Counted from the stretch's first letter, positions 1 to 11,114 are shown. The stretch is 64,000 nt of DNA from an uncultured Nitrososphaerales archaeon (GCA_963841565.1 CAWJCY010000001.1:96001-160000), one strand, 5' to 3'. Made by a program: numbers and translations. The notes: generated from the letters alone by a model not told the origin.

Positions 1-246
1 AACGAGGTAATCTGCCGCAAAATGATTTGAGTACAAAACAGCTTTGTTTATTTAAACATTCTTCAAACGGAGAGGAAAAGCATTCTTTAATGCATGAAGG
101 GCTCGGATCGCCACTTCGTCCAGAGTAGCATGCATCCTGCCTAAGCCTTGTTTGTAACTAGCCACAAATGTGTAGGTGGCAGGCCATCGTCCCTTCTAGA
201 TACCAAAAAAATAGTAAGAATAGGGATTAAGGGTACCTCTAAAGCT

Positions 247-606
247 TCAGAATGGTAAAGCACTCAGTTCAGCTATGACGGGTTGGTTAGCGAGCCTTTC
301 ATGCATTCTCTTATCGCTCAACGATTTTTGTTTCTTAACCTTTACTTTGATCTTAAAGCCGAAGTGGATTCCATTTCTCCACTTATCTGCAGAAATGATT
401 TCTCCAATTCCTTGAATCCTATCTCCCTCCCGTGTGACTACTGTGAACGGTGTATTTCGATGATACTTCAACATTTCAATCCGCTCGAAGAAATGATCCC
501 AATCTAGGGGATTCCGGATCAGCGCTTCAAAAGATAGAATATCACCTACCTTCACTTCCTCCAAATGAGTACCCATTATTTCTAGTTGATCTAACTTTAC
601 ATACAC
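247..606 (-). CDS. Hypothetical protein (119 aa)
   Basis: ATG-started ORF with protein-like composition and AT-rich upstream region; no family recognised. Confidence 0.5.
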   Translation of the reverse strand: MYVKLDQLEIMGTHLEEVKVGDILSFEALIRNPLDWDHFFERIEMLKYHRNTPFTVVTREGDRIQGIGEIISADKWRNGIHFGFKIKVKVKKQKSLSDKRMHERLANQPVIAELSALPF

Positions 607-780
607 AGTTTAAAATAGACACAATTACAATATAATAGTTTTGATATCAAAAAGTATAATAATTTCTAAATATTTATATGGTTTGAATATTAATATCAAT
701 AATAGATCGATATTATTTAAAATGTCATACGATAGCACTTTGTAAAGGCTTTAATACGAAATTTTGAGTTAATATAAAAT

Positions 781-870
781 GGGTCCGTCGCCTAGTCAGG
801 AGAGGGTGCTGATACAACAAGCACAGGCCTCCGAAGCCAGTTGTTGTGGGATCGAAGCCCACCGGACCCG
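781..870 (+). tRNA. tRNA-Arg(CCG) with 15-nt non-canonical intron (812-826) at position 29/30
   Basis: Acceptor GGGTCCG/CGGACCC, T stem GTGGG/CCCAC; BHB-like motif (helix GTGC/GCAC, bulges TGA and AGG, outer AGG/CCT); removing ATACAACAAGCACAG gives CTGGC-CT-CCG-AA-GCCAG. Confidence 0.92.
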
Positions 871-1053
871 AGAACCATTCTATGATTTAAGAACTAGCGG
901 AAGAAGCAGATTTTATGCACGAAAAGACGGCTTTATTTGACCTTGCTAGGTCACCAGCTGCTATATCTCAGGCCTTAGCGATTGGAGTTAAAAACCATTC
1001 TCTCGTTGATGTTGGCAAAAATATTTATAGATAATCATAAGGAGAAAAGGCTG

Positions 1054-1434
1054 TTGTCGCAAGAAGTCGTTGGCCTGTCAGATAGGACGAATATATTGCT
1101 GAATAGGAGGGAGATCACAGTCCTTTTCAAGGAACAAGCGGGCAAATTAAGGAGAACCGAGGCATCAGAGATGGTTGCCAAAAAGTTTGGGCTGAGCAAG
1201 AATTGCGTCATTCCTATGAATATGAAGAGTGAGAGAGGCAAAAAGGATTTGATTGGAACGTTTTACGCATTTAATACTGAGGCGGAAACCAAAAGTCAAG
1301 TGCCTCAATATAGATTATTGAGAAATCTGTCTAAAGAAGAAAGAAAGAAGCTGATCAATGAGGAAAAGGCTGCTAAATTAAAGGCGAAACAGACTGCTTC
1401 TTCAGAGGCGAAAGCTTCGGGCAGGGGTAGGTAG
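1054..1434 (+). CDS. rps24e: 30S ribosomal protein S24e (eS24)
   Basis: NILLNRREI motif, basic C-terminus, directly upstream of S27ae; TTG at 1054 preferred over 982 because a TATA-like ATTTATAG lies ~24 nt upstream. Confidence 0.85.
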   Translation: MSQEVVGLSDRTNILLNRREITVLFKEQAGKLRRTEASEMVAKKFGLSKNCVIPMNMKSERGKKDLIGTFYAFNTEAETKSQVPQYRLLRNLSKEERKKLINEEKAAKLKAKQTASSEAKASGRGR

Positions 1435-1435
1435 T

Positions 1436-1627
1436 ATGGCGAAAACGAATACAGGATCTGTATACAAATTTTATAAGATTGAAGGCGATAAGGTAACCAG
1501 GTCCAAGAGAGATTGCCCCAGATGTGGAAAAGGGGTATTTATGGCTGAACATAAGGATAGACTTAGCTGCGGAAAATGTGGATTTACTGAATTCAGTAAA
1601 AAAGATAACGCGAAAACCGGATCGTGA
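1436..1627 (+). CDS. rps27ae: 30S ribosomal protein S27ae (eS31)
   Basis: CPRCGKGVFMAEHKDRLSCGKCGFTE zinc ribbon. Confidence 0.96.
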   Translation: MAKTNTGSVYKFYKIEGDKVTRSKRDCPRCGKGVFMAEHKDRLSCGKCGFTEFSKKDNAKTGS

Positions 1628-1983
1628 AGGGAGATTATTTCCACATTACAGTAAATTCATGCGTAGCTAAAGGTATAGAGATTCGAATCCTCGCATTATG
1701 TTCCACCTCAGTGACTTAGGACATTTTGTGGGAATTTAGGCAATTGTGGGGTTCCAATATTTTCTCGCATTTAATCGGTTGCTTCTTTCGTCTCATAAAT
1801 TGAATCATTGTTGATCACATCATCAAGATCGCAATCCGTTTGTTTTCGAGTTAAGTACGTACTGGTTCCTGAATCGCAGTTGCCTTGCATTAATACGGTC
1901 CTCTAATGCAAGAGCATTAATACATTGAAAATGATGAACAATCGTACATACATCGACGAAATTGGCTTCAAAAGAGACCCATA

Positions 1984-3135
1984 TCATGCCTTCTCGTTTA
2001 CTGACATTTTTATGGATGAAGGTCGCTGAAAAACCTCCAAGGCATGTTGGTCTCGTAGCCATACATCCATAATATCAAAATTTAAGCACTCACACCTCAC
2101 CCCCAGCATGGTTGAAACATTCGGTTCACAATACTCCTTTCCACCCACAAACTGTTTGATATGTAACCCACCTTCTGCATTGATTTCGAGATCAAAACTC
2201 TTACCATCAATCTTGCCTACCTTAACACTGTGCACATCCCTTCTGATGATCCTCTTCTTGTTTCTAAACCAGACCGTGCGTCCACTGAGTGAAGGTAAGC
2301 ATTCAAGTTCCTTATTACTTACTAATCTTTCTGCGATAATTGAAACCCTAGTCATAGAATCAAATTTCATTGGATATCGCGGTAAATTCTTGGAGGCGCT
2401 TAACACAAAAAGCTCAATCCCTTTCTCCTTCATGTTAATATTGTGTTCAGTTATAATTCGCCGCTTCGGCTTTATAATCTCAGCAAAAAACGGCCTACCT
2501 TTACCAAGTACAAGACTTTCTTTATCTTCGCCACCGATCCATGAAAATTTTACATTTGCACCTGAAGTTAATTGCTTAAGATATCCAGATACCACTTCTT
2601 CCAAACTGAAGGAATTGTCGTATTGGGAATCATTATCCAAAAGTTGATCCTTGGTAATGGCCAGGCCTTTATGTTTTTGGGGTATCCCGCGCCTCTTTTT
2701 TAAATACTTACATGCGAGTACAATAGGTGTGGGAATGATATTAAAAAAAAACTCATTATTTTCATTGATTATCAGGTCTATTCTGAGATCTGGAGATATG
2801 TAATCCATTTCCTTATTTAGAGCATGTTTCAACATTTCTCTAAGGTTTGACAAAAATTGGTTCTTGATACTGTTTCTTCCTTTAAGCCTCAGTCTTGATC
2901 TAATACTGTCTTCTCTTTCTATGTAAGAGGAAGGCAGCGAGACCCCAATCTGAAAAGTTCTAAATTCATATCCTTCGCCCATTCTGCTGACTAGCGCATT
3001 ATTAATGGTCTCCAGCTTACTCATCAGATTGTTACAAATAAAGCACTCGTTTGCTTCTTTTAGATTCCTTCTGTCGATGAACCCTTGTCTAATCCTGCAT
3101 TCCTTACATAAAGATATAGAATTTTTCAAATCCAA
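1984..3135 (-). CDS. pus10: tRNA pseudouridine(54/55) synthase Pus10 homologue with divergent active-site motifs
   Basis: N-terminal CxxC...CxxC, THUMP-like region, YLKKRRGIPQ, GGEDKESLVLGKGRPF, EGGLHIKQF; follows srp54. Confidence 0.85.
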   Translation of the reverse strand: MDLKNSISLCKECRIRQGFIDRRNLKEANECFICNNLMSKLETINNALVSRMGEGYEFRTFQIGVSLPSSYIEREDSIRSRLRLKGRNSIKNQFLSNLREMLKHALNKEMDYISPDLRIDLIINENNEFFFNIIPTPIVLACKYLKKRRGIPQKHKGLAITKDQLLDNDSQYDNSFSLEEVVSGYLKQLTSGANVKFSWIGGEDKESLVLGKGRPFFAEIIKPKRRIITEHNINMKEKGIELFVLSASKNLPRYPMKFDSMTRVSIIAERLVSNKELECLPSLSGRTVWFRNKKRIIRRDVHSVKVGKIDGKSFDLEINAEGGLHIKQFVGGKEYCEPNVSTMLGVRCECLNFDIMDVWLRDQHALEVFQRPSSIKMSVNEKA

Positions 3136-3161
3136 GTATGACGCTAAATCCTAAATACCAA

Positions 3162-4530
3162 CTATCCCATCCCGAATCGCCGGAGCATTCCCTGCATCTG
3201 CCTTCCTTTTGCCTGCTTCATAACCGCTTTAGAATTACTGTACTGCTTAATAAGGTCCTTAACATCATGTTCAGTTAATCCTGACCCTCGGGCGATACGT
3301 TTCCTCCTGGAATCATTCACGATATCTGGATCCGAGCGCTCCGCGGTTGTCATAGACTGAATAATAACCCTCCATTTATCCAATTTGCCTTGGATTGCAT
3401 CTAATTGGTCTTCCTTTACCATCCCAGATAATCCAGGGAGGTTATCGATGATGTTTCTAAGACCCATTTTTCCGACATTCTCCATCTGTGAATAAAAGTC
3501 TTCTATTGTCATTTTCCCACTTAATACCCTTTTCGCCTGATTTTCATCGGCCTTAAGCTCTAATCCTTTGGCCATCTCAAGCAATGCCTTTATATCGCCC
3601 ATCCCTAGTAGACGACCAACAAATCGTGTCGGAGAGAACATTTCTAAATCATCAATTCTCTCGCCTGTTCCAATGAACATTACTTTGGCTCCTGTAGCTA
3701 CTACTGCAGCGAGAACCCCTCCGCCTTTTGCCGTTCCATCGAGTTTCGTGATAACTATGCCTCCGATCGGAGCTGCACTATGGAACGCCTTGGCCTGATT
3801 AAAGGCTTGTTGGCCTATAGTACCATCGATCACCAATAATACGAGTTCCGGTTTGGCGACTTCGTACATGCCCGTCATTTCGACCAAAAGACCGGATTCC
3901 TCCTTATGTCTCCCAGCAGTATCAACGATCACAATGTCAATGTTTTGTTTTCTGAAATAATCGATCCCTTCGCCAACAATCTTTATGGCATCATACTCGC
4001 CTTCTTTACCATACACTTCTACGTTGACCTTGCTACAATTCATCCTTAATTGAGTTAGAGCCCCAGGTCGAAATGTGTCCGCGCCTACTACACCAACTTT
4101 GTGCCCATGCTTGGTGAACCACCTAGCCAGTTTTGCGGAAACCGTAGTCTTGCCACTTCCTTGAATTCCTAACATGAGTACAACGTTGAGTTTTCCTGGT
4201 TTGAATGAGAATAATTCTCCTTCAGGCTGAGCCGACTTATCTATGGTTTTTATCTCTTCACCCGTATAACCTAGAAGCCTAGCTAATTCGCCGTAAAGTA
4301 TTGTTATGATATGATCTTTGCGAGAAAGCCCCTTAGGCGGTTGCTCATTAAGGCGAGCGCTGTTTAATATTCTGCGTTACGGTAAGCACGAGTTTTACAT
4401 TAACATCAGACTGCAACAATGCCCTTTGGACGTCCTTGCAAAGTGATTCTACTAGATCACGATTAATGTCAGAAGCGCCAATGATTTTCTTAAGTGCGCT
4501 TCTCAGGTTTGTTCTAAGGCTGTCGAGCAT
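3162..4530 (-). CDS. srp54: Signal recognition particle protein SRP54, split by one extra base near 4352
   Basis: N-domain QRALLQSDVNV (4348..4530) joins GIQGSGKTT, DTFRPGA, DTAGRH, TKLDG and the M-domain after deleting one base (R-S-[C]-L-N-E-Q-P-P-K-G). Confidence 0.95.
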
Positions 4531-4542
4531 GTCCTTTCTTCC

Positions 4543-5229
4543 TTATTTTGATTTTAGCCCTACGCTAGTTATCTTAAAAATTCCACGCTGACCATCCCAT
4601 TGAATTTCAGATTCCAAAACGTCAACTATTTCATGGTGGATAGGACTATCCAAGACTAAAGTTTCTGCTTCGCCTCCTTCAAAATTCAAATTAAAGTGAT
4701 TACGATCACTCAACTCAATTAATCGTTCCAGTTGCTTGTCGTCTATTATTTTCCCCAACCAGTCTCGATCCAGACCCATAGTCGAAACACTTGTTATAAG
4801 AGTTTTGAAGCCGTTTGAAACTAGTTCTCTCATGAACTTGATTGCAGGTTTGCCCCATAGCGGGCTAACAACACGAAGACCAAACTTGGAACAGCAGTTG
4901 CTGAAATTGGAATTTTGAAATCTACTAGAAATACCGCCGTGCACAATCCCATCAATATGATATTGAGCCCTCGCTTGACTGATTAGACCTTCAATCGCTT
5001 TTAGCTCACATTGTAAATCAGTTCCCTTTACTGACGATGCTAAGTGGGGAAGTCTTATTGCTTTCGCCACTAAAGGAGTGATACAGACGTTCGGAAAATG
5101 AAAAAGTAGGCTTTCGTTACTTGGTGGGAATAACGTCAATAAGCAACTGATTTCGTGCCCATGCTTTATGCTTTCATAGATTGCATAGGTACTATCCTTT
5201 CCTCCAGAAAAAAGACATCCAAGCCTCAT
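4543..5229 (-). CDS. Diphthine--ammonia ligase (Dph6/MJ0570 PP-loop family)
   Basis: LFSGGKDS PP-loop and EGGEAETLVLDSP motif; start placed at MRLGC. Confidence 0.88.
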   Translation of the reverse strand: MRLGCLFSGGKDSTYAIYESIKHGHEISCLLTLFPPSNESLLFHFPNVCITPLVAKAIRLPHLASSVKGTDLQCELKAIEGLISQARAQYHIDGIVHGGISSRFQNSNFSNCCSKFGLRVVSPLWGKPAIKFMRELVSNGFKTLITSVSTMGLDRDWLGKIIDDKQLERLIELSDRNHFNLNFEGGEAETLVLDSPIHHEIVDVLESEIQWDGQRGIFKITSVGLKSK

Positions 5230-5333
5230 TCGGGTTACCTTCCATATGTAGCTATAAATAAGTATTGAATGGAATTTAGCTTTTTCCTCTAGGTTTATAG
5301 AGTATTGTCGAATATCAAAAGTCTTCATTAGCA

Positions 5334-5800
5334 CTCAAAATCCCACCTGTACAACTGCAGCGATAGTCGTTCTTCCGTTCCCCAGATTGTCTTCATCCCC
5401 ATCTTTTCATGCGTTTCCACCTTCCTGCTCTAGTTCCGATTCTCTGGACTTGTCGCAGGCCTGCTCATCATGCTGATATTGACTTGGCGCTTCTTTGACC
5501 TCCAGCTTTACATTGATGTCATCTTCTACAACAATCTCTCCATTAGAAACGTCTCCGACATTGCTGTCATTGTCATTGGAATCCTACTAGCCTTAATTTG
5601 CTATTGAAAAGCAGTCATTTTCCGTGTCCAGAATCCCATCGTCGTCGTCTGAATCAAATGTTTGCTCTCCTTCGATAAGAGTAAGACTGGGCGCTGGTGT
5701 GTATCTAAGAAAGATCACACACGTTGATTATCGCTTATACCATCATTATCAGGATCTTCTTAATCGGGATTAGGTTGAAACAATGGCAGATACTACTTTT
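5334..5800 (-). pseudogene. Decayed acidic protein with thrombospondin type-3-like Ca-binding repeats
   Basis: Minus-strand fragments NPD*EDPDNDGISD..VCD and DSDDDDGILDTENDC, with in-frame stops and shifts; boundaries approximate. Confidence 0.55.
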
Positions 5801-7123
5801 GGATTGACGGGTGTAGTGGCGGCCATATGCCTGAAAGGTATAATGGATGTCATTAGTGAGCTCACTTGGGATTGGCAGCTTGCCCAATGAAGTCGAAGTA
5901 GGCTATGCTGGTTCTTCTTCAGGTAACCGTGATTCTTGTTTCCATATCTGATACCTCGCTTTCCCTAGGTCAACAAGTATAATTACATTTGTCTTAATCA
6001 TATAAGGAAATATTATCGAACTTCGTTTCTCTCCCATAGGACTGCAAGAAGCGACTCGTTTAGATTCTATGCGTTTTTAACAGCCTCAAACCTTCCTCTA
6101 CTTCTTCAGATAACCATTGACGTTTCACGCCTTTTGTTATTTTCTCGTAATGCTAAGTGAGCCAGCTATTCGACTGATTCAACAACTTACCATTGATTAG
6201 TATGTCCCTACTGGATGATGTTAGTTCGCAACTATAAGCAAGTACAAATGAATTGTACCGATCAACGTTTGAATAGACGGTCCATAATATCTGTTTGATA
6301 CTCTCATAGTTGTCTCTGTTAGGTTGTTAAATTCTCTTGAGCATAGGTCAACTTAATTATCCAACTAGCTAACTTTATGTCTTCTATCTTGGCAAGTAAG
6401 GACTCGCGGTTTGTTCCTTCCGAACCCTCTGTCAAATCAAACTTAAAAATACAATGAATGGAATTGTGCGAATATAGACAGACCATTTCCAGATGATATA
6501 TTTAAAGCCCTCCAGGTCAACTTCAAGCGTCGAAGTTGGCTTTGAAAAGTGGGAGTTCTAGGTAGTCCCATGTCATACATTTAACTAAGTATTATACGAT
6601 CAGAATTTTGAACCTGGTTGATTAGGGGTGGATGGATGCTTCAGGACTCATAATCAACATCACAAAGGCTAATCTCAGACGGCTCTTCCTTTTCATCATT
6701 AGCATCCTTTGCCTCTGAAGGTGATTAAGTAATAAATGTATAACCTGTAATAGTGGCCTTCGAAGTAGGAATTTGGTGGCTCAAAATATGAGAGCCGGCC
6801 AGACTCGCTAGAACTTTAAATACAGACAAGTATAAATTAATCAATTGTCAGCTTTCTGTTTGAGTGGGCTACTAACATCTTGTTTATTTGTTAAAGCAAG
6901 CACTTTGAATATCTTGCCACCAGGGACTGTAAAGAATGAAGCTACTTTTTTTGCCATGGTAGGCATATTACTAGCTCTAGTTGCTATCGCATACATACTT
7001 CGAATACGAAATAGGCGTCAAGTCACTGATACATAAATGAATAGGCGGTGGTAAAGCGAATGACATTTCCCTGTTAAAATAGCGGCAAAACTCATATATT
7101 GCTTTCAAGGCGAAGTGTCATAG

Positions 7124-7663
7124 ATGGAAATACTCCAGGACAGAAATTTGGGAAAATACCTATTTGATAAATACTGCACTAATCCTAAAAATTGGAAGTT
7201 TTTGATTAATCCTTCGTACCATAATGACGGCTTCTTTGATGCAACAATTTCTAATTTTGATGAGGTATGGCAAATTAAGGTAGATTCAATCTATAAGCCT
7301 GTCCCTATAATAATTGGAACAAAAGTTGATGCGGACGTTACCAGGGTTTATAAACAGATTGATTCTGCTCCATTTGGCTACAGAAAAATTGACCCGGACT
7401 CAATATTGAAGATTTTGCTCAGAACAGTCGACGACGAAACAGATACTGCGAAGCCAACCAAACTACCAAGGACTAATTTAGTCAATATATTAAATTCAAT
7501 TGAACCAGTTATACCGTCTCAACAAGGAAGTTATGCATATGGTCCGTTCACATTTTCAAATACTAGCCCCGTCATGAAAAATGATCAGCAAAGGAATGTC
7601 AGCGAAAAATTGTCTCGAAAATTGAGACAAATTTTGAAAGATAGATATTCATTATATGGATAA
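7124..7663 (+). CDS. Hypothetical protein (179 aa)
   Basis: Long ORF with upstream TATA-like CATATATT; no family recognised. Confidence 0.75.
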   Translation: MEILQDRNLGKYLFDKYCTNPKNWKFLINPSYHNDGFFDATISNFDEVWQIKVDSIYKPVPIIIGTKVDADVTRVYKQIDSAPFGYRKIDPDSILKILLRTVDDETDTAKPTKLPRTNLVNILNSIEPVIPSQQGSYAYGPFTFSNTSPVMKNDQQRNVSEKLSRKLRQILKDRYSLYG

Positions 7664-8586
7664 ATGAACTTTGACCCGATGTAGTCCATTAACCCAGCGA
7701 ATTGACTTGATACCATTCATAGCAACAGGCCAGAATTGAACATCACCTTTAATCAATTTGTGGTGGTGCCTAAAATTCAGGTCACTATGGCATAGGCCTT
7801 TTGGAATAAAAAGCTGTACAATCAACGTTTCCCTAACTAAAACAAAGTTTAGAGGATTCGTCTGTAAAGTGTAAGGTGTCCTATTGAGACACATTACACA
7901 TTGTGATTTTCGTATTAAAATATTGGAAAACTCTAGCAAGAATACTGCACGATTGGAAACGAAAACCTACTTACTGTGAAATTGGATTCGGTTAGACGTA
8001 AACCAAGGAGTCTGCGAGAGTTAAAAATTGAATTTAACTAATAGGTAATAATATAATTTGATACTGATCATTGGAAAGGGAATTTGTTACTAAATATTAG
8101 CCCATTTCCTAATTATTGGGAACAGTGTGCAGCCAAATAAAGCTCAACATAGGTCATATCATGTATTTGTTACACCGATCGATATCTAGTAACCTTCCGT
8201 TCTGTTCAAGAGTCAAAAGATGAAGTCACAATACATTCATTGCGATGCCATACGGGATCTACTCGTTGCTGATAATGCGACATTTATGTGTACAACTATC
8301 CGGTGTACTGGCTTTCGTAGGTTTACAGTGGACCGGGACAAAAGTATATGCTATTAGTATAAAGAATAATTAACCATCAAAATTTAAAATATCCGAATTT
8401 GGGTTTAGTTGTTTAGAACAGACAGAAGTTCAAATGAAATTATTTTAATCGTGGGACTATTTTCTGCTTACATTTATAAATCATTAGACTATCCTCTGAA
8501 ATGAACGCAACATTGTATGTCACTTGTAATTTCACCAAGGTTGATATGACTTTTGATAATTCTTTCTTTATCAAACTGAAACTGAG

Positions 8587-9717
8587 GTGACTAAATTGGA
8601 TCGCCCCAGATCGGCAATTCTTATCACCTACCCCGAAACAGAATCTATTGAAGAGGCGACTGCACTTGCCGACGCGGCCGGGTACAAGGTTTGGAAAACA
8701 GTTACTCAAAAGAATATAACGAGATCAAGATTTGGAATTGGTCATGGAAAAGCTCTTGAAGTGCAGGAGATGGTTAGAATCTCCAATCCAGATATTATTA
8801 TATTTGATGAAGTCTTGAAACCGTCACAGCAGTATAATATTGCCAGCCTATGCAGGATAGAAGTATTAGATCGTGAGAGATTAATTCTGGACATATTTGA
8901 GAGAAGGGCAATTACAAAGGAATCGACGATTCAGGTGAAATTAGCCGAGCTAAGATATGAAACAGTTAGAATAAAAGACAAAGTCAGACTTGCTAAATTA
9001 GGTGAGCAGCCCGGATTTTTTGGTCTAGGTAAATATGACGCCGATGTCTATTCTCTAGATCTTAAGAAAAGAATTTCATTTTTGAAGAAGAAGCTGGAAA
9101 AGGAGAAAAAGAAAAGAGAAATGCACAGGGTACAACGGGCAAAATCAGGGCTTCCAACGGTTTCGATCGCAGGGTACACTTCTGCTGGAAAAACGACACT
9201 ATTCAACAGACTCACCGGAGAGACAAAGCGGACAGGGGAAGGAATGTTCACTACTCTGTCTACTTATACTCGGTCGTTTAAAGTCAACAGAAATATGAAG
9301 CTCCTTATTAGTGACACCATTGGTTTCATTAATAAACTCCCGCCATATATGATAGATGCATTTAGGTCAACATTAAATGAGATGACTTACTCTGATTTGA
9401 CTCTCTTAGTTATCGATGGAAGTGATCCATTGAATGTAATTGACAAGAAGATACAAAGTTCAACAAAGGTGATGAATGACCTTATGATCCCGCTAACCAA
9501 GATCCTTTATCTGTTTAATAAGGCCGATCAGATTAAAGACCACGATTCATTTGTTAAGGCACTCACAAAATCAAAAGTATTTGATCCTTTAGCTAGTCAT
9601 TTCATGCTTATATCGTCTAAGACAGGATACAATATTGAAAAACTGGAAAATTTCCTTCGGCTTAGTTTCGATTCCCGATCATATTATGGATTACATTATG
9701 GTTCTGCCGTGGTATGA
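8587..9717 (+). CDS. hflX: GTPase HflX
   Basis: LDRERLILDIFERRA, AGYTSAGKTTLFN, FTTL, DTIGFI, NKAD motifs. Confidence 0.95.
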   Translation: MTKLDRPRSAILITYPETESIEEATALADAAGYKVWKTVTQKNITRSRFGIGHGKALEVQEMVRISNPDIIIFDEVLKPSQQYNIASLCRIEVLDRERLILDIFERRAITKESTIQVKLAELRYETVRIKDKVRLAKLGEQPGFFGLGKYDADVYSLDLKKRISFLKKKLEKEKKKREMHRVQRAKSGLPTVSIAGYTSAGKTTLFNRLTGETKRTGEGMFTTLSTYTRSFKVNRNMKLLISDTIGFINKLPPYMIDAFRSTLNEMTYSDLTLLVIDGSDPLNVIDKKIQSSTKVMNDLMIPLTKILYLFNKADQIKDHDSFVKALTKSKVFDPLASHFMLISSKTGYNIEKLENFLRLSFDSRSYYGLHYGSAVV

Positions 9718-9851
9718 ACATGAAATATGCACAGAGAGCTAATAGCTGAGCAATCAAATTATCAATTAGCAGTCAATAAGTGATATATAATGCAAGAGAT
9801 TATGGCCGTTTTTAGAAAGTGAGCGGTATTACAAGGGTATTTTTAATAGCG

Positions 9852-11114
9852 CTAGCCACGTAAGCGAAGGCGCGTCCTGGACATGCTCTTTTGAATTGCG
9901 TCCATTTCCTTTGCTATTGCCAACACTTGTTTCTGGTCTAGGTCAAGTAACATGAGGAACTGTTCAAAATTTCCATGCTTTGACAAGATGGAAATAAAGT
10001 AAGGCAGGGTCAAAGATCCACATGCACTATTCCCCGAATGAGTCTCAACTGAAAGGATTGGGAATATAGGCCTAAGGCCTTGGCTTCTTGAAATTACCTG
10101 CATAATAGTAGGCCACAGGAAACTATACTGAGAATAGTTAATTCCCCTGTTTCGGGATAGGCTATATATCTTGTTTACAAGCATCTCATCAAGATACCTT
10201 AACAATCTCCAATTTCGGTTTTGAAATATCCTCCCAATCCAGATGTCAATCGAGGATAAAATCTCAAGAAGGCCTGCTCTTGTGTTCATATCTAGTGTGC
10301 GACATGAAATAATACTTGTATAGAATGCATACAGAATATCCCTTCTCCTGTCTTCAGGAGATAACCCGAATCGTGGGTCTACGTAGTGGGAATCTGATCT
10401 GGCAAGGATACTCTTCGCATTTTCTAGAGAGGTATCAGCAAAGAATGCGTTAACAGCTGGCCCTATATCTATTTCAGACACGTGCTCATTGTCTGTCATA
10501 TACTGAGCATCTGCGGATTGTGCAAGGTTAAGTAGAGAACGGATATCTCCATGACTTCTCTTCAAGATCAAGTCTTTTTCCGTTATAGTAAAGTCTAAAC
10601 CTTCTTTGGACAAAATCCGGTCCAAAAGTTTTTCAGACAAGTCTAAGGGAATTGAATGAAATTCGATTACTTTGCAATTCTTAGTTACCTCCTTGATCCG
10701 CTGGTTCCTGGAATTGGATGCCAATACTATTGGTATTGTGGGTTCCTTTAGGATCCTAATTAGGAATTCAATTCCCCCCGTGTCTTGCCTTCGATAAATT
10801 CCGTCTACCTCGTCAAGAAACAAAAGAATTCGTTTACCATAAAGACTAGTATTATTGAGTACTGGAAGAATTCTAGATTCCAATATATCTCTAGTTCTTG
10901 AATCGCTAGCATTCATTTCGATTAAATCGTAGTTATATTCAGCTGAGAGTATGTGGACAAATGATGTCTTGCCAACACCCGGAGGACCTATGATAAGCAA
11001 CGGCCTTTTTCCATTTACCCAAGTGTTTAACCATTTTATAATCTGTGACCGAGCATCAGGATTTCCAACTAGCTCATCAAACCTATGAGGTCGATATTTT
11101 TCAGTCCACATCAT
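9852..11114 (-). CDS. rfcL: Replication factor C large subunit
   Basis: WTEKYRP, GPPGVGKT, EMNASD, LDEVDG, GDIRS; 420 aa. Confidence 0.92.
   Translation of the reverse strand: MMWTEKYRPHRFDELVGNPDARSQIIKWLNTWVNGKRPLLIIGPPGVGKTSFVHILSAEYNYDLIEMNASDSRTRDILESRILPVLNNTSLYGKRILLFLDEVDGIYRRQDTGGIEFLIRILKEPTIPIVLASNSRNQRIKEVTKNCKVIEFHSIPLDLSEKLLDRILSKEGLDFTITEKDLILKRSHGDIRSLLNLAQSADAQYMTDNEHVSEIDIGPAVNAFFADTSLENAKSILARSDSHYVDPRFGLSPEDRRRDILYAFYTSIISCRTLDMNTRAGLLEILSSIDIWIGRIFQNRNWRLLRYLDEMLVNKIYSLSRNRGINYSQYSFLWPTIMQVISRSQGLRPIFPILSVETHSGNSACGSLTLPYFISILSKHGNFEQFLMLLDLDQKQVLAIAKEMDAIQKSMSRTRLRLRG

Noticed and set aside
96-196. 5S rRNA identity for the three-way-junction element
   Set aside because: Lacks the conserved loop C (CCCAUCCCGAAC-like) and loop E motifs
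2108-2647. Long antisense ORFs (e.g. 2108..2647, 25676..26131, 44180..44812, 49567..50019, 59395..59910)
   Set aside because: Shadows of well-supported genes on the opposite strand, Ser/Ile/Pro-biased, no motifs
4340-4360. Programmed +1 frameshifting as a shared system behind the six split genes
   Set aside because: No common slippery sequence or structure; a uniform single-insertion pattern is better explained by sequencing error
6845-7036. 63-aa ORF with a C-terminal TM and basic tail
   Set aside because: Could be a microprotein or gene remnant, but the TTG start is uncertain and there is no family evidence
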